53,332 nucleotides of DNA. It comes from a virus (taxonomy: Duplodnaviria > Caudoviricetes). Location of the stretch: the IMG/VR virus record IMGVR_UViG_3300031857_000259, positions 1 through 53,332 of that record; one strand, written 5' to 3'. A program made the translations under genes and the position numbers. Shown here piece by piece: positions 27,994 to 37,197 of the stretch. How positions within the stretch are numbered: the first letter of the stretch is position 1; each line of letters begins with the position of its first letter. Below the pieces are notes generated by a model. That model searched no databases. It was not told the origin of the DNA and saw only the letters and a list, made by a program, of their open reading frames with translations.

Positions 27994-29361
27994 CTATGTA
28001 TTTTTAAAATGATTAACTGTGTAGTCCTTCTTCTTTATCACTGTCTTGTACACGTCATGCTCAATACCTCCCTTACTGAAGACCCAGTACACATGGTTGA
28101 ACGATCGCTCTTTAGTTGTCATCCTGTCCCTGCTCTGCCAGTAACTCGTAGCACTGAAGTCAATGTTGTAGTACACCAAGTACTTCGCTTGCCTGAGGCT
28201 GATCCCCTCCCTGCCACTAACTATCTGTAGTGCAATGCTCTTGTCTGTACTCTCAAATATACTAAGCTCAGTTGTAAGTTCATCACCAAACACATCCTTC
28301 AGGGCAGACAGCTCTTCCTTAAATTTATAGAAGATGCCTATCTTACTTCCTTGAAATTTTTGTTTAATGAACTCAGCCTTGGTGGTGTCAAGAACCATGC
28401 TGTTGCCACTCTCAAACTTAATCGTCCCACTGCATAGCTGGTGTACCTTCATCATTAACTTCACTGCCGTGTCCGCTAGTATCACCTCAGTCTTACCCTC
28501 AATCACGAGGTCCCTCTTTAGCTTCTTGATAAGCTGCATCGTAGACTCCTTCATCTCTACCTCTAGGATCTCCTCAGTAACTGATGAAACGAACCCTGCC
28601 TCCTTCTGTGAGAAGCTTATCATGTGTGGCTGCATCTCCTCAATGATGCTATCCAATCCAGTGCTGTAGTCATTAATGAATAGACCATTGATGTTCTTCT
28701 GCTTCACCTTCACATGCACCTCAGCAAACTTATAGAAGTTAACGAACCGCTTGAATGGGTTACCAGGTATGCCGTACACCTGGTGGTACATCTGTGAGTA
28801 GCTCTCCGGGGTTGGTGTGCCAGACATGAGTATCACCTTAGGTCTATACTTAGAGATGGCGTGTCGCATCATTACAGCCCGATTGCTGGGCTTTGGGAAC
28901 GCACCTATACTATGTGCCTCATCGATGACTATCAGGTCAAATTTGAAGATATCTACCACGTTGTGGAGGCTCTCGTAGTTGACCACCTTTATCTGGTAGC
29001 TAGGCTGTAGCAGATCGTAGTCCTTCTCGATGCTGCCGATGGCCTTCTTCTTGGTCACGAACAGCACAGACTTTGCTCCGCACTCACTGGCTATGCCAAG
29101 GCTGGTCAAGGTCTTGCCTGTCCGTACCTCCATCGCTAGGTACACGAAGCCATGTTGCTCTATGGCTCGTGCCCCCTGCGATATTATGTCCCTCTGATAT
29201 GGTCTAAACTCCATGCTTCTTGTTCCGTAATGAGATAAGCAATTCTTTACACTAGTTAGTACATCTGGGTCAACTGACTTGCTCTTTGATACAACATTGT
29301 AAAGTGTACCGCAGTAGCGTAGCATCTGCTCATCCGAATAGCCTGGTACTCTCTCAATCAT
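27994..29361 (-). CDS. SF2 (SNF2-like) DNA helicase
   Basis: FRPYQ, MEVRTGKT (motif I), DEAH (II), SGTP (III), GREGISL (V) and QSRDR (VI). Confidence 0.85.
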   Translation of the reverse strand: MIERVPGYSDEQMLRYCGTLYNVVSKSKSVDPDVLTSVKNCLSHYGTRSMEFRPYQRDIISQGARAIEQHGFVYLAMEVRTGKTLTSLGIASECGAKSVLFVTKKKAIGSIEKDYDLLQPSYQIKVVNYESLHNVVDIFKFDLIVIDEAHSIGAFPKPSNRAVMMRHAISKYRPKVILMSGTPTPESYSQMYHQVYGIPGNPFKRFVNFYKFAEVHVKVKQKNINGLFINDYSTGLDSIIEEMQPHMISFSQKEAGFVSSVTEEILEVEMKESTMQLIKKLKRDLVIEGKTEVILADTAVKLMMKVHQLCSGTIKFESGNSMVLDTTKAEFIKQKFQGSKIGIFYKFKEELSALKDVFGDELTTELSIFESTDKSIALQIVSGREGISLRQAKYLVYYNIDFSATSYWQSRDRMTTKERSFNHVYWVFSKGGIEHDVYKTVIKKKDYTVNHFKNT

Positions 29362-31744
29362 TTGAATGAATTATGATCCACCTGCCCATCATGTCACGCC
29401 CTTCCTCTGGAGCAACGCCATACTTGAACATGCCATAAGATACCAACCACTTGTAGAACTTAGTTCTGCTGATGGTCATCTTGGACTTTGGTCCGTAGTC
29501 AGGGTACTCGTTGACGAAGTCATTGTACAGATCGTTCTTGTACAGCCTTACCTCTGGCTCTAGCGTGGTGTTCTTAGGCTGACCCTCCACCAGACCACAC
29601 CACTCGATGAAGTCATGAGAAGTCTCAGCAGATAGCTGTCTGATCTTTAGGTTAACGAACTTACTTCTCACTAGCCCAGTGTTCAGGTAGTTAGCCAAGC
29701 ATCTGATCATGTAGTTGTCAAACTCACACCAGTCATCATCGTTCCAGTCCCCGAACATCAGCTTACCAAATTCGTCTAGAGGCGTAAAGGCTTTAGAATA
29801 ATACTGGTGCAGCTCTAACTCCCACTTACGTCTAGCAAACGAGTTGCCTGACCCCTTGATAGCATAGTTAGTAGTGATAGCAATCTTTGGAGACTTGCTG
29901 AACGGTATCTTGATTGCATCCTTGTTCTTCTTCTCTAGCGTGAGACCCTCAGTTACCACACTGAATAGTCTCTCGAAGTCAAAGTACTTCTTCACATCAT
30001 CGAACACTAGGATCTGCGTATCGGCAGACACTAGCTGGTAGGCGAAGCTACGCTCAAACGTGAAGGACTTGCCATCAATAGTTACTACCTTCTTCATCCT
30101 ACCCAATGCGTTCATGAACAGACCCTTGCCTGTGCCACCCTCAGGGTTGTCGCTTATCACCTCATCGTTGAGGATCACTGCCGGACAGAAGCTTAGGTTC
30201 TTGTAGCCATGTAGTAGGAACCCGATGGTACTCTCCATCGATTCAACTCTGCCATCATCACCCCCACAGATGTTACGTATAAACTTCCTGTAGCTGCATG
30301 CATCTGTCACATCGCACATGTTAAAGTTGCGGTCAATCACGTGGTCATTCCACACGTATCCACCCAAGTCAAGGTAGTCAATAGGCTTGACCTGATCCTT
30401 AGTCACCTGCACAGCACAGTTCTTGTAGTACAGGTAGGACGTATCCTTGGTGTCCTCAATGAAGAAAATGTCTATGGTTGATAGCATGGACAGGAACTCC
30501 TCCTTAAAGAAGCGAGTGTTGTCAGCAAAGTAGTTGTACACCATGATGTCATCCAACTCAAGTAGGTGGTTCAGAACGTAGTCCTTTATCTCCTTCTCAG
30601 ATGTGTGGTCAATCAAGTTGTTTGTAACCTTGACGAACACGTAGTTCTTACCACCCTCAGGGCAGTACTTGTAGAAGCCATTGTCCTCAAGGAACTGCTT
30701 AAACTGAATGTGTACTATTCGAATGACTCCCTTCTCGCTCTTTTCCCAGAATGTCTTCTTTGCGTTCTCCTCCTCCACCTTGGTCAAGACTGCTTCGATA
30801 GTATCCGTATCCAGTTGAGAGTCCTGTAGCTGAATACGTATTTCTTTTTTTGATACACCCCTTCTAAGCTTAGCCTTGATGGTGTTGATCTTCTCCTCGT
30901 CCTCGTAGTACTTGGTGCCAAAGTTGGTGGTGTTACGGTAGGCTGAGTCAATTGTGGTAGCGATCTCACGTACAGAGAAGTCCTCCGTAGCGTACTGGTT
31001 CAGCACGTAGGATGCAAGACTCTTGTTGATACCGAAGTCATTGAACGCCATCGCTAGGATGTACACGTTATGGTTACGCTGTCCCTCCATCATTGGGTAC
31101 TTCTTTACCCACCACTTGACCAAGATCTCAACCACCTTGTTCTCATCGGTGATAGGAATGGTAGGCTTGTCCTTGAACTTACTTACCTCTGTGTACTCTG
31201 GCTCCTCCAGTACATCCCATACAGATGAGTTCTCATTGATGTGAATGAGCGGATCATAAGACTCGTAGCATACACGTGATACGTTCTTGCTAGTCTTGTC
31301 AAAGTACTCGCTGTTGAAGTGCTTCTCTAGGCTGTTGAAGTAGTTGATGTGGTTGTCTTGGTCTGCCGGTATCTTTACCAATGCCTTAAGGCCATTGCCA
31401 GAGGGAGAGGTGAATACTGAGTAGACGTACTTGTTCTTCGATAGGGTCTCCTTGTCCTGTAGCAAGGTCTTCTGGTTCTGGTAGCCATCAAAGTCTAGGC
31501 ATATCAGACCACTGTGCTGGGTGAGTGATGCATCGGATCTCTTGGTGAATATACCACTGAAGCATATCGCTGGGAGTAACTTCTTTAAGTCATTCCTTTC
31601 CTGCTTACGCTTCTCTGCTCTGATCTTCTTGACCAGTTCCTTTGACGATCCAGATTTAATTCGCTCTAGGATTAGCCCAACATTCCTGTGGAATGGCATG
31701 CTTGTATCCTTGATACTCTGGAATATGGTCACTTGATGTATCAT
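29354..31744 (-). CDS. Primase-helicase (VirE/BT4734-like N-terminal domain, primase C domain, P-loop helicase)
   Basis: KKLLPAICFSG, GLICLDFD and FTSPSGNGLK (BT4734/VirE_N); EGQRNH (PriCT-like); GGTGKG Walker A, LVFDD Walker B and ITTN. Confidence 0.85.
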   Translation of the reverse strand: MIHQVTIFQSIKDTSMPFHRNVGLILERIKSGSSKELVKKIRAEKRKQERNDLKKLLPAICFSGIFTKRSDASLTQHSGLICLDFDGYQNQKTLLQDKETLSKNKYVYSVFTSPSGNGLKALVKIPADQDNHINYFNSLEKHFNSEYFDKTSKNVSRVCYESYDPLIHINENSSVWDVLEEPEYTEVSKFKDKPTIPITDENKVVEILVKWWVKKYPMMEGQRNHNVYILAMAFNDFGINKSLASYVLNQYATEDFSVREIATTIDSAYRNTTNFGTKYYEDEEKINTIKAKLRRGVSKKEIRIQLQDSQLDTDTIEAVLTKVEEENAKKTFWEKSEKGVIRIVHIQFKQFLEDNGFYKYCPEGGKNYVFVKVTNNLIDHTSEKEIKDYVLNHLLELDDIMVYNYFADNTRFFKEEFLSMLSTIDIFFIEDTKDTSYLYYKNCAVQVTKDQVKPIDYLDLGGYVWNDHVIDRNFNMCDVTDACSYRKFIRNICGGDDGRVESMESTIGFLLHGYKNLSFCPAVILNDEVISDNPEGGTGKGLFMNALGRMKKVVTIDGKSFTFERSFAYQLVSADTQILVFDDVKKYFDFERLFSVVTEGLTLEKKNKDAIKIPFSKSPKIAITTNYAIKGSGNSFARRKWELELHQYYSKAFTPLDEFGKLMFGDWNDDDWCEFDNYMIRCLANYLNTGLVRSKFVNLKIRQLSAETSHDFIEWCGLVEGQPKNTTLEPEVRLYKNDLYNDFVNEYPDYGPKSKMTISRTKFYKWLVSYGMFKYGVAPEEGRDMMGRWIIIHSND

Positions 31745-31754
31745 AAATGTCGTT

Positions 31755-31889
31755 AATATGTCATGTAACTTATTGATAATTAACTCTATGTCGATTATGT
31801 CAATTTAAAAACCCTTTTAGATTCAAAGAAATAATAATAATATATAAGTAATTATATATATATATAGGGAAAAGTAAAAATGACATGGA
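31755..31889. other. Origin-like element A (ATGTC iterons, IHF-consensus site, AT-rich/(TA)n tract)
   Basis: ATGTC at 31747, 31758, 31788 and 31797, inverted at 31882. WATCAANNNNTTR matches on the - strand at 31766-31778, with (TA)7 GGGAA downstream. It is directly upstream of the primase-helicase. Confidence 0.65.
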
Positions 31890-31895
31890 CTAGAG

Positions 31896-31923
31896 AAAAA
31901 AAAGAGGGGTAGTAAACCCCCTC
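31896..31923 (-). terminator. Intrinsic terminator after the SSB-like gene
   Basis: On the - strand: GAGGGGGT-TTACT-ACCCCTC followed by T8. Confidence 0.7.
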
Positions 31924-31927
31924 CATT

Positions 31928-32194
31928 TTAGAAAGGCACCTCGTTGGTAGGCTCATCTACCTTATTGTCCTCACCTGGGTTATAGGTGTTCACTACTAGG
32001 TGGTGACTAGGTTTGTTAGGAACTTGCTCCTTATTCTTTACTATATTTAGGTTGACCCACTCAAGGTTTTTCTCGTTAAGGTAGGCTAAAAGATTCTGCA
32101 AGTCCCTCTTGCTTTGGCTTACTGTTGTAAGCGGGCCGTACTTGGTTTGAATAACTCTAGAACTTCCTCCGTAAATTTTGTCTTTCTTTTCCAT
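31928..32194 (-). CDS. Putative single-stranded DNA-binding protein
   Basis: 88 aa with an acidic tail ending ...DEPTNEVPF (SSB-type C-terminus); follows the exonuclease and annealase. Confidence 0.55.
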   Translation of the reverse strand: MEKKDKIYGGSSRVIQTKYGPLTTVSQSKRDLQNLLAYLNEKNLEWVNLNIVKNKEQVPNKPSHHLVVNTYNPGEDNKVDEPTNEVPF

Positions 32195-32198
32195 TTGA

Positions 32199-32930
32199 TT
32201 AAAGTGTTTCGTTTATAAAGTAATTGTCAATATCATCTGTTGGATTTGGTCCGAAGTACCTGTAGTATACCTCCATTGCTCGCTCGACCTTAGCTTCTCC
32301 ACCCTTTACGAACTCCTCGGATGGTCTGAACAGACCAAGCTGCTCAGATTCCTTGTCAATAACGTAAAAGTATAGGGGTTTTCCAAATAATTGCTGGTAA
32401 ATGTAGCACTGGGAGTCATAGTTGTAGCTCTTTGCAGACCATCTGAACTTGTTGATGTCCGATGTAGTCTTCAGATCAATGATTGAATCGCTAGTAACTA
32501 TGTCTGCCTTTGCTTTCCATTGCAGTCCCTTGATCTCACCAATGGTTGGCTCCTCGTATAGGTTGCCATCCCTGTAGATGTCATCGTAGAACTGAAGGTT
32601 GGACTTCATCACACTAGCAAGTCGCACAATTTCCTCGTACTCCTTGGTCAACATGGCGAATCCAAGGTCGTTGTCCTCAAGGTACTTCTTGTACTCCTTT
32701 GTATTCCTTGTACTGACATCCACCTGTGGCACGATTACAGCCTTCTCAGGCTCAAGAATTAGCTGATGGAATAGTCTACCCTCATGAAAGTGTTTGGAGT
32801 CCCCAGATGGCACTCTAAATAGCTTAGGATTGGTAAGCAACGAATAGATGTCTGAGTTGGATAGGTAGTACCTACCCTTTCCATTGTAGTACTCATCATC
32901 ATTCCTTAGTTCATCGATTACTGATTGCAT
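32199..32930 (-). CDS. PD-(D/E)XK exonuclease (RecE/exonuclease VIII-like)
   Basis: YY...LSNS, GRLFH..ILEP, KAKADI, IIDLKTT and YDSQCYIY. Confidence 0.8.
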   Translation of the reverse strand: MQSVIDELRNDDEYYNGKGRYYLSNSDIYSLLTNPKLFRVPSGDSKHFHEGRLFHQLILEPEKAVIVPQVDVSTRNTKEYKKYLEDNDLGFAMLTKEYEEIVRLASVMKSNLQFYDDIYRDGNLYEEPTIGEIKGLQWKAKADIVTSDSIIDLKTTSDINKFRWSAKSYNYDSQCYIYQQLFGKPLYFYVIDKESEQLGLFRPSEEFVKGGEAKVERAMEVYYRYFGPNPTDDIDNYFINETL

Positions 32931-33538
32931 AGTTCAGCGATTTCTTTCTTAAGTTCTACAGAGATGTCATACTTGGTGGTCAACTGCTTGCCAATGAATG
33001 CAAGACCCTTGCTCTTGTTGTCAGCCACATACTTTAGCACCTTCTTCCACTCAGTGCTGTCCTTCACTAGGGTAACCAGTGCAGTAGGTACGCTCTGCTC
33101 CACTACCTTTGGCTCACTCTCTGGTAGATCCTCTCCGGCATAGATGTAGATGCCCAATCCAAACATCGCTAGGTTCTTAACCAAGCAACGCATCAAGGTC
33201 TTGTTGATGTCGAAGGTAGTCGCTGCATCCACCTGCTTGTCTCCGTACTTGGTAGCATAGGAGTAAGCCTTCTTCTTCATGCTCTTGTTCTTCCCATCCA
33301 TGACAGGCAACCACATCTCTAGGGTCTGACCCTCAATCGTAACTGATGTATGGCACATGAATCCTAAGTCATCATCGTAGTCCGTAGGTAGGATGGTGTA
33401 CGATGCATCTGGGCACTCCTTCTTAGTCACAGACCATGCCCATGCCCATGATAGGTAGGTTAGGTTGTCCTTCTTCTCAACATGCTCGTTCACATTGATA
33501 GCTGAGAGTCTCTCGAATACTGATTTTTCTGATTTCAT
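32918..33538 (-). CDS. Single-strand annealing protein (Sak3/DUF1071-like)
   Basis: INVNEHVEKKDNLTYLSWAWAW, MWLPVMD and DINKTLMRCLVKNLAMFGLGIYIYAGEDLP. Confidence 0.8.
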   Translation of the reverse strand: MKSEKSVFERLSAINVNEHVEKKDNLTYLSWAWAWSVTKKECPDASYTILPTDYDDDLGFMCHTSVTIEGQTLEMWLPVMDGKNKSMKKKAYSYATKYGDKQVDAATTFDINKTLMRCLVKNLAMFGLGIYIYAGEDLPESEPKVVEQSVPTALVTLVKDSTEWKKVLKYVADNKSKGLAFIGKQLTTKYDISVELKKEIAELCNQ

Positions 33539-33825
33539 TTCTCTAGGTTTTTAATTAGTTGCTTGTAGTCTGTGTCTGCTTGTACTTTACTGTCGATTGA
33601 TTTGATCCCATGAATAATGGATGAGTGACCTATCACATACCCATTCATGTCCATGTACCTCTGGATGTAGCTCACCGGTATGTTTCTCTGTGAGCATAGG
33701 TAGTACAGCATGTGTCTTGCATCCACTACCTCCATCTTTTTATTCTTTGAGAAGATCCATTCCTTGGGGATGGAATAACGCTTGATAATGTTTTCTAAAT
33801 AGTTATTAAAGATTTCAATTTTCAT
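33535..33825 (-). CDS. DnaA domain IV-like HTH protein
   Basis: IFSKNKKMEVVDARHMLYYLC...IGHSSIIHGIKSI matches the DnaA C-terminal signature (R..V.AR..AMYL...DHSTV.H). Confidence 0.65.
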   Translation of the reverse strand: MKIEIFNNYLENIIKRYSIPKEWIFSKNKKMEVVDARHMLYYLCSQRNIPVSYIQRYMDMNGYVIGHSSIIHGIKSIDSKVQADTDYKQLIKNLEK

Positions 33826-33988
33826 AATTATGTACGATTAAAATATATGCTAGGAATAACACGATGGATATCCCTATACTAACTGCATCCATGATGAGCT
33901 TCTCGTAGCCATCACGATCCTCTTTGTATAGTAGCCTAGATACTACTGCATTGGAAAGAATAACTATCAATCCCACTACGATATACAT
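33815..33988 (-). CDS. Small two-TM membrane protein (57 aa, not in ORF track)
   Basis: Hand translation MYIVVGLIVILSNAVV...AVSIGISIVLFLAYILIV. Confidence 0.5.
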   Translation of the reverse strand: MYIVVGLIVILSNAVVSRLLYKEDRDGYEKLIMDAVSIGISIVLFLAYILIVHNYEN

Positions 33989-33990
33989 AA

Positions 33991-34266
33991 TCATAGCTTG
34001 TCAAAAATAGCATCCACTATAGCATCAGTAAGTTCTCTGGTAGGCATAAGAGAAATTGTCTTGCCCTGTTCCTCATCCCATGTGCATAGCTGATGAGTAC
34101 CTAAAATATTTACAACTGTCTCGCTGTCACCAACATAGTCACAGTCCGACTCTTCACCATGACTAGCCACCTCGTAGCTACCCACCCAAAAGTAGTCCTT
34201 GTCATCAATGCTGAACTCAATCTCCTCATTGATGAACACCTCGCTTTCATTAAAATTTTTCCCCAT
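33991..34266 (-). CDS. Acidic hypothetical protein
   Basis: 91-aa ORF, first gene after the putative promoter at 34290-34318. Confidence 0.55.
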   Translation of the reverse strand: MGKNFNESEVFINEEIEFSIDDKDYFWVGSYEVASHGEESDCDYVGDSETVVNILGTHQLCTWDEEQGKTISLMPTRELTDAIVDAIFDKL

Positions 34267-34289
34267 TAGATTTGATTTAAATTTGATAC

Positions 34290-34318
34290 AATATAAGACA
34301 ATAAATAAACAAAGTCAA
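34290..34318 (-). promoter_or_regulatory. Putative promoter TTGACT-N17-TATATT for the recombination/replication genes
   Basis: On the - strand: TTGACT ttgtttatttattgtct TATATTG, about 24 nt before ATG 34266. Confidence 0.55.
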
Positions 34319-34446
34319 TCTTTTTTTGCAGAAACTTTGCTCCTGTTCAACCAGTAATGCTCGTTGCAGATCCGGTCAATCGCTTCCCACTTGGTGGTAC
34401 ATACCAATCTTGCGTATAGACTACCGCAGTAGTACACATTAAACAT
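34315..34446 (-). CDS. Hypothetical protein (43 aa, not in ORF track)
   Basis: Hand translation MFNVYYCGSLYARLVCTTKWEAIDR...; overlaps the upstream gene end. Confidence 0.45.
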   Translation of the reverse strand: MFNVYYCGSLYARLVCTTKWEAIDRICNEHYWLNRSKVSAKKD

Positions 34447-34633
34447 TTGCTTCGCTTCCATCCTTTAGTCTAGCTTCTGATCCATACCTCACCTCTCTTG
34501 GGCATGGATAAATTTGAAACAATGCATCCATCCCTTTCACAAACTTAGCCTTGCTCTTCTCATCTAGATAAAGCAGTCTGTCATTCATTCCATGTACCAA
34601 TCTGTACATCTCTAGTCTTCCTTCTAGTGTCAT
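34439..34633 (-). CDS. Hypothetical early protein
   Basis: ATGA-coupled ORF, 64 aa. Confidence 0.5.
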   Translation of the reverse strand: MTLEGRLEMYRLVHGMNDRLLYLDEKSKAKFVKGMDALFQIYPCPREVRYGSEARLKDGSEANV

Positions 34634-35133
34634 AATTCTTTTCCTGTTAATGCAAAATATATATTCTGTACTTGATGTATGTACCTGATGTTGGGCATTT
34701 CAAAACGTGCTCCATTGTAATCTGTTTTTGGTTCTAGTTTAGATCCAACTTCTATTCCATCTATGTCTATTATAAAAACATTTTGCATAGTATCAAAGTC
34801 ACATGATTCATCCCATCGTAACTTAAATACAGAAACTACTTTATCATAACCAATTCTATCACTTAGGTATTCACAAACTATTCTATTATCAATTTTTAAT
34901 TTTTTAACTAGTCCTTCTTCAATATTTATTGGACTTAAATCAAATACAGATACATTAACATAGCTTGAATACGCTACTCTTGAATCCATTAGTTGCTCTT
35001 TAAATATTTCATCATTAACATATTGATCCAAGTCTATGCATACATGATTCCTAAATGTATCTACAAACCGTACTTCGCAGGGGTATCCCTTGTAACTTAC
35101 AAGGTTACCACTTCTAAGTTCACTTATATTCAT
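34630..35133 (-). CDS. Hypothetical early protein (Bacteroidota phage family)
   Basis: MNISELRSGNLV...IRYIHQVQNIYFALTGKEL has termini common in Bacteroidota phage ORFs; AT-rich. Confidence 0.6.
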   Translation of the reverse strand: MNISELRSGNLVSYKGYPCEVRFVDTFRNHVCIDLDQYVNDEIFKEQLMDSRVAYSSYVNVSVFDLSPINIEEGLVKKLKIDNRIVCEYLSDRIGYDKVVSVFKLRWDESCDFDTMQNVFIIDIDGIEVGSKLEPKTDYNGARFEMPNIRYIHQVQNIYFALTGKEL

Positions 35134-35534
35134 TGTAGTTTTAGATTTGTGAATTCAATAATAGTATCAACCCAGTCCCCATCCCATACCCTATTCTCAT
35201 AGGTGTTACAGAACTCATTGGTCAACTCTATGCCCAAGTCATATAGTCCACCGAATCCTTCAGTATCTAGAATCTTTTCTAGTCTAGATGGCATCGTATC
35301 ATTGTCAATCATGGCATGAATCGTGCATACTATCTCATGGTGCGTCTCTGCCCAGTCTCTGAAGCCATGCTTTAGTATGCCTTTTGACTTATTGTATGCC
35401 AATTGATTGAGGATACTTGATACAAGCAATACTTCTTGCTTGCTTACATTGTCTGAATTGTACATGGCATCCATTACTGCTTGGTAGGTATGGTCAAGAT
35501 CCAAGTACTTCGGTACATTCACTTCGATTTTCAT
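35130..35534 (-). CDS. Hypothetical early protein
   Basis: 134-aa ATGA-coupled ORF. Confidence 0.55.
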   Translation of the reverse strand: MKIEVNVPKYLDLDHTYQAVMDAMYNSDNVSKQEVLLVSSILNQLAYNKSKGILKHGFRDWAETHHEIVCTIHAMIDNDTMPSRLEKILDTEGFGGLYDLGIELTNEFCNTYENRVWDGDWVDTIIEFTNLKLQ

Positions 35535-35752
35535 AGTTGAATTGTTATAGTGTCGCTGAAATTTGATAAGGTAATTCTCTTTGGATATGCATCCTCCAAT
35601 GCTACGATGTAGTCCTCGATGAAATAGTTCATCTCCTCATGTCGCTTAGCCATTGGTTCTAATACCTTTCTGAGTTGCTCCTCAGTTATAGTGGTGTATA
35701 AAGTACACTGGTCACCATCCCAGTTGCCGATTTTTAATTTGAATACATTCAT
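35531..35752 (-). CDS. Hypothetical early protein, paralogue of 37194-37418
   Basis: Shares T..[TN]E.Q..KV.EP...R..E and AL.DAYP with 37194-37418. Confidence 0.6.
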   Translation of the reverse strand: MNVFKLKIGNWDGDQCTLYTTITEEQLRKVLEPMAKRHEEMNYFIEDYIVALEDAYPKRITLSNFSDTITIQL

Positions 35753-36099
35753 AGTTCTACTTTAAGACTTAAGTTATATTGTTCAAGAAGATTTTTTATT
35801 TCAATCAATCCAATCTTCCCAAAATTTCTTAATTTCATTAGTTCTTTTTCTGTGTACATAGTTAAGTCCTCTAGTGTTTTTATCCTTGCAAAATAAAAAC
35901 AATTATATGTTCTTACAGATAAATTAAGTTCACCTATAGGAGTTTTAAGCAAGTCATTCCTTTCAAAAAATTCCTTTCTCATTTTAGTATTCCCATTGAA
36001 TAGCATAATATGTATTACCCTATCAGCTATTCTATCAACCAATGTATCGATATCAATCGATGTGAATACTAGATTTTCAGTTCCGTTTTTTTCTTTCAT
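35749..36099 (-). CDS. Stand-alone RNA polymerase alpha-subunit C-terminal domain (alpha-CTD) protein
   Basis: LLKTPIGELNLSVRTYNC...IKTLEDL...EKELMKLRNFGK.GL.EI..LL matches RNA_pol_A_CTD; no alpha-NTD is present. Confidence 0.85.
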   Translation of the reverse strand: MKEKNGTENLVFTSIDIDTLVDRIADRVIHIMLFNGNTKMRKEFFERNDLLKTPIGELNLSVRTYNCFYFARIKTLEDLTMYTEKELMKLRNFGKIGLIEIKNLLEQYNLSLKVEL

Positions 36100-36100
36100 A

Positions 36101-36343
36101 TTAGTTATCTGATAATTCTGTGAATTGGGTAAAGCCCTCTGCCATCTGAAGCAGATGATTGGTTGCTAGTAGCAGTAAGATGTTGTAGTCCACACATTTG
36201 TGCATCATCTCGCTTACTTTACTCACCCTATCCATCTCCCCACTAGATAGTAGGGTTAGGATCGTGGCTAACTGAGAAGCATACTTGTGCTGCTCCACTC
36301 CTAGTGATTCCACTAGGGAGATTGCTTCGTGATTGAATGTCAT
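36101..36343 (-). CDS. Hypothetical early protein
   Basis: 80-aa coupled ORF. Confidence 0.5.
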   Translation of the reverse strand: MTFNHEAISLVESLGVEQHKYASQLATILTLLSSGEMDRVSKVSEMMHKCVDYNILLLLATNHLLQMAEGFTQFTELSDN

Positions 36344-36723
36344 TTGTCTATTAAGTTTGAGAATTGTGCAACAATAAACTGCTCGTAGTTAAACATACTT
36401 TCCTTCATTGGGATGGATTCATACATCTCCCTAAGTTTATAACCATTATGTCCCATGTATTCATACATTACCTCAAGTACATCCGAATCCAAATCATCAA
36501 CCCATAGCGGAGTATTTTCCCCTACATAAGCATTGAAAGTATTGTACTCTAGGTAGTCTATTGCATCCTCATAAGACATGTCTTCATTCTGAACCAAAAT
36601 ATCTACACATTTTCTCCTAGAGTATACCACCTTCCACATGTTAGGCTCGAACCCAATGATCGCATCATCAAATCCATCCGCAAATAGTACCTCATCGTAT
36701 GATTCTAAAATCTTATCTCTCAT
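36340..36723 (-). CDS. Conserved phage hypothetical protein (start probably 36723)
   Basis: ADGFDDAIIG...VVYS...EDAIDYLEYN...YVGENTP is a widespread phage motif of unknown function. Confidence 0.6.
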   Translation of the reverse strand: MRDKILESYDEVLFADGFDDAIIGFEPNMWKVVYSRRKCVDILVQNEDMSYEDAIDYLEYNTFNAYVGENTPLWVDDLDSDVLEVMYEYMGHNGYKLREMYESIPMKESMFNYEQFIVAQFSNLIDK

Positions 36724-36926
36724 TTGATTTTTCTTTTCCATTCTGCTACAATTTTAGTTGCCTCGTATAGTGCATCGGCACATTCACCTATGCCCATGTC
36801 CTCGTTGGACATTATCCATTGGTAGATCTCTTCCACCAACATCTGCTCATGCTCCTCTCGGATCTCCTTGAGCCTCTTAATTTCGCTTCTGAGAAAGTCA
36901 TTCTCTAATCCTTCAATTGTCTTCAT
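36720..36926 (-). CDS. Hypothetical early protein
   Basis: 68-aa ORF. Confidence 0.5.
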   Translation of the reverse strand: MKTIEGLENDFLRSEIKRLKEIREEHEQMLVEEIYQWIMSNEDMGIGECADALYEATKIVAEWKRKIK

Positions 36927-37197
36927 TTCTTTCTAAGTTTAAGTCTTCTGCTACTAAATAAATTGTATCCCAAATCTGCTCCATGAGATACTCGTTTGTC
37001 AATGCATCATTTAGTACTCCGTAGGCTTGTTCATCCGTACATTTGTATGTGCTAGTCACATCATAAACATGCCATAGATTAGCCACAAAATAGCCATTGC
37101 TCTCTAAGATTTGTTTAGCATCCTCAATGCTCAATTGTGTTTTTGCGTAATCCAATACCTCTTGTCTTGCAGTCTCGCTTGTTGGGTTAAATGTCAT
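36913..37197 (-). CDS. Acidic hypothetical early protein
   Basis: 94 aa with a W.V.DV...TDEQA..VL motif. Confidence 0.55.
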   Translation of the reverse strand: MTFNPTSETARQEVLDYAKTQLSIEDAKQILESNGYFVANLWHVYDVTSTYKCTDEQAYGVLNDALTNEYLMEQIWDTIYLVAEDLNLERNEDN

